DNA from: a virus
Taxonomy: Duplodnaviria; Heunggongvirae; Uroviricota; Caudoviricetes
Virus record (IMG/VR): IMGVR_UViG_3300001687_000010
Reading direction: 5' to 3' (one strand)
DNA: 64,000 bases
Made by a program: the position numbers and the translations under genes. The notes beneath the pieces are model-generated. The model ran no database searches. It saw only the letters and a program-made list of their open reading frames with translations, and was not told where the DNA came from. Of the stretch, positions 45,367 through 53,419 are shown in pieces; within the stretch, counting starts at the first letter, position 1, and each line of letters begins with the position of its first letter.

Positions 45367-45443
45367 GAGTGTAGCCCAATTTGGCAGAGGCACATGGCTT
45401 AGAACCATGACAGTGATGGGTTCGAATCCCTCCACTCCTACCA
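45365..45443 (+). tRNA. tRNA with anticodon TAG (Leu-like); member of a paralog trio with identical 5' half
   Basis: Its 5' portion AGGAGTGTAGCCCAATTTGGCAGAGGCA matches the elements at 48482 and 57240. Anticodon stem CATGG/CCATG with loop CTTAGAA. Short variable arm. CCA. Confidence 0.55.
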
Positions 45444-45595
45444 GTTAAATTTATGTTTAGAAAAATACTAATAAAAATATTACTCAGATTAGAGTATATG
45501 GCCATTGATATTGCCGGTATATTTAACCGACTTCAGGTTAGGTTAAAAGGTACTCGATGGAAAATAGAAAAATATTGATTAGGAGAATTTGTGTT

Positions 45596-45913
45596 ATGAG
45601 TAGAAGTACAGAAGAATGGGAACAAGAAGTTATTAGCGTGTTAAAAGGAACATCCCCTGAAGAACCAATTACGGTTAGGGATATAGCCGATATTCTCGGC
45701 ATTAATGATGGCCCCAGTTGCCCTCGCACCAGAAAGTATATTCTGAGCGCAATGAAAAATAATAACGTGGCCATTGGTTCTAACCGCAAAGGATATTACC
45801 TTATTAAAACGGCTAAACAATGCCAAGAGTACCTTAACGAACTGTTAGGTCGCTCAGTGGCTTTATCCGAGCGAATCAAGATTACTTGGTACGCTTTTAA
45901 TGGAAGAAACTAA
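45596..45913 (+). CDS. putative winged-helix DNA-binding protein
   Basis: ITVRDIADILGI...; start at internal Met. Function uncertain. Confidence 0.4.
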   Translation: MSRSTEEWEQEVISVLKGTSPEEPITVRDIADILGINDGPSCPRTRKYILSAMKNNNVAIGSNRKGYYLIKTAKQCQEYLNELLGRSVALSERIKITWYAFNGRN

Positions 45914-45936
45914 TGAAAAAACTTAAACAGAATACT

Positions 45937-46012
45937 GGGTGTATAGCTCAACGGTAGAGCAACTGGCTCTTAACCAGTAGGTTGACGGGTTCAAATCCCT
46001 CTGCACCCACCA
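45937..46012 (+). tRNA. tRNA-Lys (anticodon CTT)
   Basis: D-arm GCTC-AACGGTA-GAGC, anticodon stem ACTGG/CCAGT with loop CTCTTAA, CCA. Confidence 0.7.
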
Positions 46013-46022
46013 AAATTTATGT

Positions 46023-46107
46023 GGGTCGTTGACCGAATGGTAAGGGGCTGGACTTTTAATCCAGTGGGTTTATCCCATTCCGGGTTCGAATCCCGGGCGG
46101 CCCACCA
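46023..46107 (+). tRNA. 85-nt tRNA with anticodon TTT and a long variable arm (unusual class-II-like Lys?)
   Basis: Acceptor GGGTCGT/GCGGCCC, anticodon stem CTGGA/TCCAG with loop CTTTTAA, variable hairpin GGG-TTTAT-CCC, T-arm CCGGG-TTCGAAT-CCCGG, CCA. Confidence 0.5.
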
Positions 46108-46125
46108 TATTCTGGATGTTTAAAA

Positions 46126-46485
46126 ATGGCTAATTTTCCAATAGGCATAATAATAGCCGGTGCTGTGGTTATTTATCTCGTTTATAGAAATGCGAAAAAA
46201 ATGCAGCAGGCGATTGATAATGCTAATAAACCAATAGTTTCCTATGCTGGTTATTTAAATAAATTATGTCTTATGACGAATAAATCGACATATGACATAT
46301 TTTATATAGCCGCAGAACCACATAAAATACCTAAATGGATGGTAGAAAAGGATTTTAGTAACTGGATTAAAAAATTTGGAGCTGATGATAAAATGCCTAA
46401 TTATGTTAAAGAATTTTTAGATGAAGGCAAGGAAATAATCGAGGAAGCATACGTTAACCCTTTTACATGGACATCAAAAATATGA
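46126..46485 (+). CDS. small membrane protein
   Basis: N-terminal TM FPIGIIIAGAVVIYLVY. Confidence 0.4.
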   Translation: MANFPIGIIIAGAVVIYLVYRNAKKMQQAIDNANKPIVSYAGYLNKLCLMTNKSTYDIFYIAAEPHKIPKWMVEKDFSNWIKKFGADDKMPNYVKEFLDEGKEIIEEAYVNPFTWTSKI

Positions 46486-46688
46486 ATGAGATTGGAATTA
46501 TACGACCTATTTTTGACGGCTCGGCATTTGATGGTATACTGCGCCTTTTTATCGGGAATGAAATGTTTTTATTCCCATTATTATTAATAGCGTTAATTTT
46601 GCTTTTGAAAGGACAATTAAAACCAAATGAAAAATCTAATATTCAAGAATCAGATGACGTTCAAAGGGACGATAACGAAAATAAGTGA
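46467..46688 (+). CDS. small membrane protein
   Basis: Hydrophobic core FLFPLLLIALILLL. Confidence 0.35.
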   Translation: MDIKNMNEIGIIRPIFDGSAFDGILRLFIGNEMFLFPLLLIALILLLKGQLKPNEKSNIQESDDVQRDDNENK

Positions 46689-46905
46689 TAACGATAATGC
46701 AGTGCGGACTCCTTCTATGGATGGTTATTTTGATAACTTACCTGAAATCGGTGAACGTTTTAATATAATCGGAGAATCGTTAACAAAAGGTTTAACGGCA
46801 CGATTGATATCGACCAGTCCGGTACAGGGAATGGATATAAGTGGTCGGTATATTATGTTTAAAACCGAAAATTCAGATTATACTTTAGAATACGAAATCA
46901 TTTAA
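46627..46905 (+). CDS. hypothetical protein
   Basis: 92-aa ORF. Confidence 0.4.
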   Translation: MKNLIFKNQMTFKGTITKISDNDNAVRTPSMDGYFDNLPEIGERFNIIGESLTKGLTARLISTSPVQGMDISGRYIMFKTENSDYTLEYEII

Positions 46906-46919
46906 GAAAGGATAAAACT

Positions 46920-47453
46920 GTGGCACGAGATGAATGGGGTCCAGATTTATGGGATTCCGGGCTTAGTGCTGAAGAGCGTCTGAAAGAATTTGAAAAACGG
47001 ATGAAGCGAGCGAGAGCTAAAATATCCGGTAGACGAATTCAACAAAGAGCAAATAATGCGCTAAAACGGACTGATAGAACATTAAAATATAACCCCAAAA
47101 CCGAAACGATTGAGGATGTCTGGAATACTAAATCAGATTATTCAAAATCAAATTATACAAAAAGGTTAAAACGTATGGCAAAAACAGCAGGTGGTATAAG
47201 TCTTGGTGGTATACTTTTTTGGGGCTTTATTATGTACCAATTATTTTGGGATAAAGATGAACCTAAAGAAGTTAAAGAAACACCTAAACCGATTGAACAA
47301 GTTAAAAAAACGGTTGAAAAGGTTAAAAACGATGTAGATAAAACCATCACAAAAGCTAAAGAAAAATTAAAAGAAGACCAAAAGAAGGAACCGGAATCGG
47401 ATTCTCCTTATGGGTCTAATGATGTTTACGGAGATACAAAAAGCAAATATTAA
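46920..47453 (+). CDS. membrane-anchored Lys-rich protein
   Basis: Central TM GGISLGGILFWGFIMYQLFW. Confidence 0.4.
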   Translation: MARDEWGPDLWDSGLSAEERLKEFEKRMKRARAKISGRRIQQRANNALKRTDRTLKYNPKTETIEDVWNTKSDYSKSNYTKRLKRMAKTAGGISLGGILFWGFIMYQLFWDKDEPKEVKETPKPIEQVKKTVEKVKNDVDKTITKAKEKLKEDQKKEPESDSPYGSNDVYGDTKSKY

Positions 47454-47456
47454 AAA

Positions 47457-47531
47457 GCCGGTATAGCTCAACAGGGAGAGCGGCCGCCTTGTAAGCGGTT
47501 GACCGGGGTTCGAGTCCTCGTTCCGGCTCCA
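47457..47531 (+). tRNA. tRNA-Thr (anticodon TGT)
   Basis: D-arm GCTC-AACAGGGA-GAGC, anticodon stem GCCGC/GCGGT with loop CTTGTAA, CCA. Confidence 0.7.
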
Positions 47532-47619
47532 AAAAAAATGAACTTTTTTTACTCAAAAGTGCGTCAACTAATATAAATAGTTATAAGGTGAGATAACCAC
47601 CTTTTATTAGTTTACGCTT

Positions 47620-48186
47620 ATGAGTAAATCAAAGAACGTAATTAACTGGAGACGGCGCACTAAAGAACGTATGGTCGCCGCCTTTGATAAAAAATGCTGT
47701 ATCTGCGGAAAAACCTACCCACAGGAATGTTTTGAATTCCATCATTTAGACCCTTCCGAGAAATCTTTTGGACTTGGTACAATTAGGTCAAATTGCATAT
47801 CATGGGAAAAAATAGTTGCGGAATTACGCAAGTGCGTTATGGTATGTGCTAATTGCCATCGGTTAGTCGAATATGGCTATATACAAATACCGTCCGACCC
47901 ATATATGTTTAATGAAAAATATACAGATTATAAAAAGAATTTTCCGACTCAGCAGCTTAAAACAGATAACTGCAGGTGCGGACGAAAAAAACCAGTGACG
48001 CAGAAATACTGCTCACGGGATTGTTATAACATATATAGACGGCATACTAATTGGCCGACTAAATATGAATTACGAGATTTACTTAAAGAACACTCCATGA
48101 AAAAAATCGGGCAATTATATGGAGTATCTGCTTCAGCGGTAAATAAATGGAAAAAATATTACGGATTAGGAGGTCGCAAAAAATGA
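47620..48186 (+). CDS. HNH homing-endonuclease-like protein
   Basis: Motifs CCICG...FEFHHLDPSEK...CANCHRLVEYG. C-terminal HTH-like tail. Confidence 0.75.
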   Translation: MSKSKNVINWRRRTKERMVAAFDKKCCICGKTYPQECFEFHHLDPSEKSFGLGTIRSNCISWEKIVAELRKCVMVCANCHRLVEYGYIQIPSDPYMFNEKYTDYKKNFPTQQLKTDNCRCGRKKPVTQKYCSRDCYNIYRRHTNWPTKYELRDLLKEHSMKKIGQLYGVSASAVNKWKKYYGLGGRKK

Positions 48187-48401
48187 CTATGCAATAAATT
48201 AACTAAAAAGGAGGTGCATAGTCAGTGCATAAGCGACCTCAAAAAAAATCCAGCCGAAAGGTTGGACGTGCGTCCCGTAAACCGGCACATAATCGCTATA
48301 ATCTTGAGCGAAGATGGGAACGGAATAAAGAGAGACGTATTGCTAAACAAGCCCGTAAAGAAGCGAAGAAAGCTGCTAAAAAAGCACAAAAAAATGAGTA
48401 A

Positions 48402-48478
48402 GCCGGGATAGTTTAAGGCGGATAAAACACATCCTTGGTACGGATGAGATTCGGGTTCGAATCCCGGTGCTGGCTCCA
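48402..48478 (+). tRNA. tRNA-Thr (anticodon GGT)
   Basis: D-arm GTTT-AAGGCGGATA-AAAC, anticodon stem CATCC/GGATG with loop TTGGTAC, CCA. One acceptor mismatch. Confidence 0.6.
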
Positions 48479-48481
48479 TAT

Positions 48482-48560
48482 GGCGGAGTAGCCCAACTTG
48501 GCAGAGGCATACGGTTTAAGCCCGTAAAAGTGATGGGTTCGAATCCCTCCTCCGCTACCA
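48482..48560 (+). tRNA. tRNA with anticodon TAA (Leu-like); trio member
   Basis: 5' half GGCGGAGTAGCCCAACTTGGCAGAGGCA. Anticodon stem TACGG/CCGTA with loop TTTAAGC. Short variable arm. CCA. Confidence 0.55.
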
Positions 48561-48597
48561 GTTTTTAAGGTTGATTACAGCAAACAACTATGGCGAA

Positions 48598-48669
48598 ACC
48601 GGATATTGCTGGTTCGAATCCAGCCTCCCCTACTTGAAGGGGAGTGACCTAAGTGGTAAAGGTGCCGGT
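48598..48669 (+). ncRNA. circularly-permuted tRNA-like element (3' half precedes 5' half)
   Basis: Order: ACCGG-ATATT, then T-arm GCTGG-TTCGAAT-CCAGC, then CTCCCCT, then a 6-nt linker, then AGGGGAG-TG-ACCT-AAGTGGTAA-AGGT-G-CCGGT. The acceptor (7/7), D-arm and anticodon stem (5/5) are all complementary only across the permutation. Confidence 0.4.
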
Positions 48670-48734
48670 CAAAAAATATCAACCTGTATTTATTACTTAG
48701 TATGTCGGTTTTTTGCCGACATTGGGAGATTAAA

Positions 48735-49103
48735 ATGGCGGATAGATTAACGCATAATGCAGATTGCTTTGCTATTTTAGGCGAAGAATTTGACCATGTT
48801 AACGGATGGTTAGATGCTTGTGCCGCAAAATACCCGCCTCCCTTGTTTTTAGAGTATCATCGAAAATTCCGCCACCACGATAGGGGTGTTAAAGAAGTAC
48901 GCCAAAAATGGGGAATAAAAGCGGAAGAAGCGGCAAAAATCCATATTATTCGGGATGTAGAGATTTATATAAACAGAGAAGGAAAGCCGTTTATAGAATA
49001 CTGCACTTATGATAAATTGGATAAAATTTATAAACAAGCCTTAAAATACTGCCACGATTGGCAGGGGCCGCTTGATGAACGTTGGTTAAAAGGTTTAAAA
49101 TAG
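48735..49103 (+). CDS. hypothetical protein
   Basis: Start at MADRL with a GGGAGA SD. 122 aa. Confidence 0.45.
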   Translation: MADRLTHNADCFAILGEEFDHVNGWLDACAAKYPPPLFLEYHRKFRHHDRGVKEVRQKWGIKAEEAAKIHIIRDVEIYINREGKPFIEYCTYDKLDKIYKQALKYCHDWQGPLDERWLKGLK

Positions 49104-49175
49104 CCCCTTAGTAGACTGGTATAACGTCTGCCTTACAAGCAGAAGAAGATGGTTCGATTCCTTCAGGGGCTACCA
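49102..49175 (+). tRNA. tRNA-Val (anticodon TAC)
   Basis: Perfect acceptor AGCCCCT/AGGGGCT, anticodon stem TCTGC/GCAGA with loop CTTACAA, CCA. D-arm ambiguous. Confidence 0.6.
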
Positions 49176-49179
49176 GTTT

Positions 49180-49271
49180 GCTCCGGTAGTTTAACGGTAA
49201 AACGGCGTCCTTATAAGGCGTAAACTCCAGATTAGAGTGAGTTGCTGGTTCGAATCCAGCCCGGAGTACCA
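49180..49271 (+). tRNA. 92-nt class-II-like tRNA with apparent anticodon TAT
   Basis: D-arm GTTT-AACGGTA-AAAC, anticodon stem GCGTC/GGCGT with loop CTTATAA, long variable arm ACTC...GAGT, T-arm GCTGG-TTCGAAT-CCAGC, CCA. Confidence 0.5.
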
Positions 49272-49276
49272 CATAT

Positions 49277-49351
49277 AGCCCGTTGGTGAAATGGGAACAC
49301 GGAAGGCTTTGACCCTTTCATGACTTGGTTCGATTCCAAGGCGGGCTTCCA
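49277..49351 (+). tRNA. tRNA-Gln (anticodon TTG)
   Basis: Anticodon stem GAAGG/CCTTT with loop CTTTGAC, T-arm CTTGG-TTCGATT-CCAAG, CCA. Confidence 0.65.
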
Positions 49352-49378
49352 CTTAAATAAATATATTTAGGTGGGAAA

Positions 49379-49492
49379 ATGCCGAAAAAATGCGATAAAT
49401 GTAAAGAAAAAACGTATTGCTTCTATCCTTGGAAAAAGGATAAATGGATTTGTGGCGAATGTAAAGATAAAGAACGAGATAAACGCAAATAA
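49379..49492 (+). CDS. zinc-ribbon micro-protein (37 aa)
   Basis: AGGTGGG SD. CDKCK...CGEC. Confidence 0.4.
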   Translation: MPKKCDKCKEKTYCFYPWKKDKWICGECKDKERDKRK

Positions 49493-49496
49493 TATG

Positions 49497-49570
49497 GTGG
49501 GGTTAGGCTAATGGTAAGCCGAGAGGTTGTGGCCCTCTTGATACGGGTTCGATTCCCGTACCTCACCCCA
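49497..49570 (+). tRNA. tRNA-His (anticodon GTG) with encoded G-1
   Basis: Acceptor GTGGGGT/ACCTCAC preceded by G(-1), opposite discriminator C. Anticodon stem AGAGG/CCTCT with loop TTGTGGC. CCA. Confidence 0.7.
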
Positions 49571-49588
49571 ATTTTTTAAGAAGAAGTG

Positions 49589-49617
49589 TTTACAATTAAA
49601 CACTTTTTTTGTATAAT
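49589..49617 (+). promoter_or_regulatory. promoter GTGTTTACAAT-N17-TATAAT
   Basis: Consensus -35-like TTTACA and perfect TATAAT with a 17-nt spacer. Confidence 0.55.
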
Positions 49618-49653
49618 ATAAAAGGGAATTTTTATGAAAGGAATCTAATTTGT

Positions 49654-49914
49654 ATGGCTGTCCGAAAAGCGAAAAAAGTGCTAAAAAAGGTTGACAAAAG
49701 TTTTGGTAGAGTTTATTGTCTTGACGGAAAATACCATAAATGGGAATGGATGTTTACAGACCATTTCGGTGGCAAAATCAAATGGTGCGAAAAATGCGGT
49801 AGTTTAACCGAATTTAAGCCCGGAACACGTTGGTCAGAGGGTAAACGGGTTACGGATAAAAATAAGAAACCTTATATTAAAATGCCTCAATTAGCCAGTG
49901 TATCCAAGAGGTAA
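49654..49914 (+). CDS. zinc-ribbon small protein (start at MAVRK)
   Basis: Start lies downstream of the promoter. CLDG...CEKCG. The 3' end overlaps tRNA-Cys. Confidence 0.4.
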   Translation: MAVRKAKKVLKKVDKSFGRVYCLDGKYHKWEWMFTDHFGGKIKWCEKCGSLTEFKPGTRWSEGKRVTDKNKKPYIKMPQLASVSKR

Positions 49915-49968
49915 GGCGACTGCCTGCAAAGCAGTTTGTTTACGGTTCGACTCCGTACACTGGCTCCA
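49894..49968 (+). tRNA. tRNA-Cys (anticodon GCA)
   Basis: Perfect acceptor GCCAGTG/CACTGGC, anticodon stem ACTGC/GCAGT with loop CTGCAAA, T-arm TACGG-TTCGACT-CCGTA, CCA. Confidence 0.7.
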
Positions 49969-49987
49969 AAAGAAAGGAAGGTGTAAG

Positions 49988-50389
49988 GTGAAGAAATTGT
50001 TTATTATTTTCGGAATCATTCTTGGAATCGGCCTTAATGTACATGGCGATGAAACAGCAAATATTACTTTAGCATGGGATGCTAATGAAGAACCCGAAAT
50101 AACAGGCTATAACCTTTATACCAAACACCACGTTAACGAAACATATACGCTATTAAGTGAAATTTTAGAAGAGGATTTAGATAATCCTCTCATGCCTCAA
50201 ATTAAAATATGGGGCTTAGATAAAAACCTTACTCATTATTTTGTATGTACCGCTAAAACAGAAACGCAGGAAAGCGAATTCTCAAAAGAAGTGATATGGA
50301 CAGCAGAAAACGCTAATAATGGTACAGCACAAAAAACTAATGGAAGCACAGGTGGCGGATGTTTTATAAGTACAATAATGCGCCCGTAG
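49988..50389 (+). CDS. secreted fibronectin-type-III-like domain protein
   Basis: GTG start after an AAGGAAGG SD. Signal peptide MKKLFIIFGIILGIGLNVHG. NITLAWDANEEPEITGYNLY is an FN3-like signature. Confidence 0.5.
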   Translation: MKKLFIIFGIILGIGLNVHGDETANITLAWDANEEPEITGYNLYTKHHVNETYTLLSEILEEDLDNPLMPQIKIWGLDKNLTHYFVCTAKTETQESEFSKEVIWTAENANNGTAQKTNGSTGGGCFISTIMRP

Positions 50390-50455
50390 CAAAGCGGAAT
50401 TGCAACAGTCTTCTAAACTGTTAAGACGAAGGTTCGAGTCCTTCCGGGCGTACCA
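50380..50455 (+). tRNA. tRNA-Arg (anticodon TCT)
   Basis: Anticodon stem ACAGT/ACTGT with loop CTTCTAA, T-arm GAAGG-TTCGAGT-CCTTC, CCA. Overlaps the previous CDS stop. Confidence 0.65.
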
Positions 50456-50458
50456 TAT

Positions 50459-50533
50459 GGCCCCATCGTCTAACGGTTAGGATGTTGCCCTCTCACGGCA
50501 GAGATATGGGTTCGAATCCCGTTGGGGCTACCA
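50459..50533 (+). tRNA. tRNA-Glu (anticodon CTC)
   Basis: Acceptor GGCCCCA/TGGGGCT, anticodon loop CTCTCAC, CCA. Colinear with canonical tRNA-Glu. Confidence 0.7.
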
Positions 50534-50788
50534 AATGGAGAGTTAAAAATGACTATATATTGTGGTTATTGCCATAAGAACATGACTAACGAAAAGTACG
50601 AAAATCATATGTGCTTAAAATGGGTATGGGAACGTATAAAGAGAAAATTCAATGGATGGAATATATTTAAAAAATAAACCGGAAATCCAAAAGCAAATGT
50701 GGCTATGGATGGAAGAAATGCAAGACCGACATCCCCATATAGAATTCGGATGGTGGGGATTTATGCCGTGCATTATTGTGAGGGAATT

Positions 50789-50905
50789 ATGAAAAAAGAA
50801 AAATACTATTGTACTTATTGCGGCCATGAAGTAGAAATTGGTCAAAAATCAAAAGATAAAGGCCAATGTTCAAATTGCGGATGGCGGATACTGAAAAAAG
50901 AATAA
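50789..50905 (+). CDS. zinc-ribbon micro-protein
   Basis: CTYCG...CSNCG. Start chosen at the internal Met. Confidence 0.4.
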   Translation: MKKEKYYCTYCGHEVEIGQKSKDKGQCSNCGWRILKKE

Positions 50906-51099
50906 TGTACTATTGTCGATATTGTGGAGCAAAATTTGTAAACATATGGTTAAAACCATATTGTCCTAAATGCGGTAAAATAAATCCAAATTTTGTAACA
51001 AGACCGCAGTTAGAAAAATTAGCTATAAAGATGACCAAAAAACAAATGGATTTAGTTTTTAAAAAGAGTTATAGAAAGGAAAATTATATGGCCCCGTAG
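50881..51099 (+). CDS. zinc-ribbon small protein
   Basis: CRYCG...CPKCG. Confidence 0.4.
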   Translation: MADTEKRIMYYCRYCGAKFVNIWLKPYCPKCGKINPNFVTRPQLEKLAIKMTKKQMDLVFKKSYRKENYMAP

Positions 51100-51166
51100 C
51101 TCAACTGGACGAGCCTCCGGCTACGAACCGGAGTGTATGCAGGTTCGAGTCCTGTCGGGGCTTCCA
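51090..51166 (+). tRNA. tRNA-Arg (anticodon ACG)
   Basis: Perfect acceptor GGCCCCG/CGGGGCT, D-arm GCTC-AACTGGAC-GAGC, anticodon stem TCCGG/CCGGA with loop CTACGAA, CCA. Confidence 0.75.
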
Positions 51167-51270
51167 TTAAAATGAAAATATTATTTTTAACAATATTAAC
51201 AACTATGTTTTTATGGGGGATACCTTTATTTGCTATAATCCCGTTATTAATAATATATGTAATGATATTT

Positions 51271-51345
51271 TGCCCTGTGGTGTAACGGTAACACGCAAGA
51301 CTCTGAATCTTGTAGCTTCTGGTTCGAATCCAGACGGGGCAGCCA
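51271..51345 (+). tRNA. tRNA-Gln (anticodon CTG)
   Basis: D-arm GTGT-AACGGTA-ACAC, anticodon stem CAAGA/TCTTG with loop CTCTGAA, T-arm TCTGG-TTCGAAT-CCAGA, CCA. Confidence 0.7.
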
Positions 51346-51357
51346 AAAAGGAGAGGG

Positions 51358-51597
51358 ATGAAACTTTTAGACAAAAAGTTTATGAATGATAAACTTCGGG
51401 ATATTATTCGACTTGGTTCTGTCTTATTGCTTGCCATCCCTTGTATTATATTAGGAGTTGGATTAATATTTGCTCAAATATTTTTTGAAAAGAAGGTGGG
51501 AAATATACGGCTAAATAATATAAAGGAGAAATTGTATGCCGTTATTTCACTGTGTAAAATGCCATCACGAATGGGAAGGCATATTAGAAAAAAATAA
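51358..51597 (+). CDS. small membrane protein
   Basis: TM LGSVLLLAIPCIILGVGLIFAQIFF. Confidence 0.4.
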   Translation: MKLLDKKFMNDKLRDIIRLGSVLLLAIPCIILGVGLIFAQIFFEKKVGNIRLNNIKEKLYAVISLCKMPSRMGRHIRKK

Positions 51598-51718
51598 TCC
51601 TATATGCGACTGGTGCGGGGCGCACGGTTATATTATAGAAGAAAAAACGCCATTTGAAAAAATGATTGAAGATTTAGAATGTTCTGATTGGAATATTGAC
51701 GAATTTTTAAAAATTTAA
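51536..51718 (+). CDS. zinc-ribbon micro-protein
   Basis: CVKCHH...CDWCG. Confidence 0.4.
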   Translation: MPLFHCVKCHHEWEGILEKNNPICDWCGAHGYIIEEKTPFEKMIEDLECSDWNIDEFLKI

Positions 51719-51734
51719 GAAAGGGGATGTGGCC

Positions 51735-51884
51735 ATGTTTAAAATTAAAACAATTACATATAAAATTGAATGTGAATGTGGATGTACCTTTTCAGCATCT
51801 CGTGAAGAAAATAAAAGTATATTTTTTAAATGCCCCGGATGTGATAAAAAAGGCGGAATAAATCCGAAAGAAAAAATAAATTAA
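51735..51884 (+). CDS. zinc-ribbon micro-protein (49 aa)
   Basis: GGGGATG SD. ECECGC...CPGC. Coordinates approximate. Confidence 0.35.
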   Translation: MFKIKTITYKIECECGCTFSASREENKSIFFKCPGCDKKGGINPKEKIN

Positions 51885-51966
51885 TCAGCAAAAATGTTAT
51901 TTTTAACAACAAAAAAAGATAAATAAGAGTAAGAAAGGGGAAATACGTTAAGGGAGTTTTAACAAT

Positions 51967-53162
51967 TTGGATAAAATACTTTTAGGTGATTGTGAAGAAC
52001 AACTAAAGGGGTTAGAGAACGAAAGTGTAGACCTAATAGCAAGGCCGTCCCTAAAGTAAGCATATGGAAGGAATGTTTAAGGGTATTAAAACCCGGAGGA
52101 TTTGCATTTGTAATGAGTGCACCTCGCCAAGATGTTTGGGCAAGGATGGTTTTTAATTTAGAAGAAGCCGGATTTAAATCAGATTTTACGCCTATATTTT
52201 GGGCATATCGTACTGGATTTCCGAAGCCGATTAATATTAGTAAGGCTATTGATAGGAGAGAAGGTGCAGAAAGACCTGTTTTAGGGGAGCATAAATCAGG
52301 TATTGGTAAAGCATTTAGTGGAGATGGAACTTGGGGAACTGGTTCCGAAACCGTTTTTGATACCGCACCGGCCACAGAAGAAGCCAAAGAAGCTGATGGA
52401 TGGTTTGGTGGATATCAACCCAAGCCTGCGGTAGAGGTTATTATAGTGGCTATGAAACCGTTATCCGAAAAAACTTATGTTGACCAGTGGCTTAAAAATA
52501 AAAGAGGTTCGACAAATTTAGATGCGGTTAGAGTGCCTTATGATGACGATAAAGACCGCAAAAGTTTTGGGGATATACGAGAATGGGCTGCTAAAAATAC
52601 AGATACGAGTAAAATGTTTGGTGATTTGCCGTATGTAGAATACGCAACCAGTGATAAAGGTCGATTTCCCGGCAATTTAATTATATCCGATAAAGCCCTT
52701 ACAGATGATTTTGCTAAGATTTTTAGCCTCGATAAATGGGGACAGGAATTTGAGTTTTTACAAAATTACCCATTTTTAACGGTAGCAAAACCAAGCCGGT
52801 CAGAACGTGATGAGGGTTTAGAAGATTCTGATTTAGAGAAAAAAGAACTTAATATCAAATCCGGTATGGCCGGTATGCTCGGTGATTGTGGTGAAGCGCA
52901 AAATATACACCCAACGGTTAAGCCAGTTAAACTTATGGCGTATTTAATTGTTTTAGCGAGTCATCCGGGCGATACTATATTAGACCCGTTTGTGGGTTCC
53001 GGTACGACCTGTATAGCGTCCGCTCATTTAAACCGGAGAACTATTGGTATAGAACTTGACCCGGAATATCATAAAATAGCGCAAGCCCGTTTAGACGTGG
53101 CTTTAGATAAAGCGAGTAGCGTACAAAAAAATGATGATAAAATTGATAGTTTGTTTGAATGA
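51967..53162 (+). pseudogene. N4/N6 DNA methyltransferase (PF01555-like) that is disrupted
   Basis: N-terminal frame (TTG at about 51967): LDKILLGDCEEQLKGLENESVDLIARPSLK then a stop. The expected DPPY motif is missing. The C-terminal frame (track ORF 52113-53162) carries ...WKECLRVLKPGGFAFV... and motif I ILDPFVGSGTTCIAS. Confidence 0.6.
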
Positions 53163-53419
53163 GAAGAGCTGAACGCATTAAAAACAATAAAATATTGTTA
53201 GCCTATGGTAAGCGGATTTGCTCTGTATGTGAGGATACCAAAGATTTAAAGGAATTCCCTTATCAGGGGCCAAAATTAGGCTTTTACGGTAAGTGCCGTG
53301 ATTGTTTGAATAAAGAGATGTATTTATCTTATCAGGAAGAACGGCGTGAATGGAACCGTAAGCGCAAAGAACGGGAAGAGCAGGCTAAAAATGATAAAAT
53401 CGATACTTTGTTCAAATAA
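53159..53419 (+). CDS. hypothetical protein with CxxC...CxxC
   Basis: 86-aa ORF. Its C-terminus KNDKIDTLFK repeats the MTase C-terminus KNDDKIDSLFE. Confidence 0.4.
   Translation: MRRAERIKNNKILLAYGKRICSVCEDTKDLKEFPYQGPKLGFYGKCRDCLNKEMYLSYQEERREWNRKRKEREEQAKNDKIDTLFK

Noticed and set aside
51959-52387. 142-aa minus-strand ORF
   Set aside because: It lies antisense to the methyltransferase coding frames. It has no RBS, and its composition looks like an antisense artefact.
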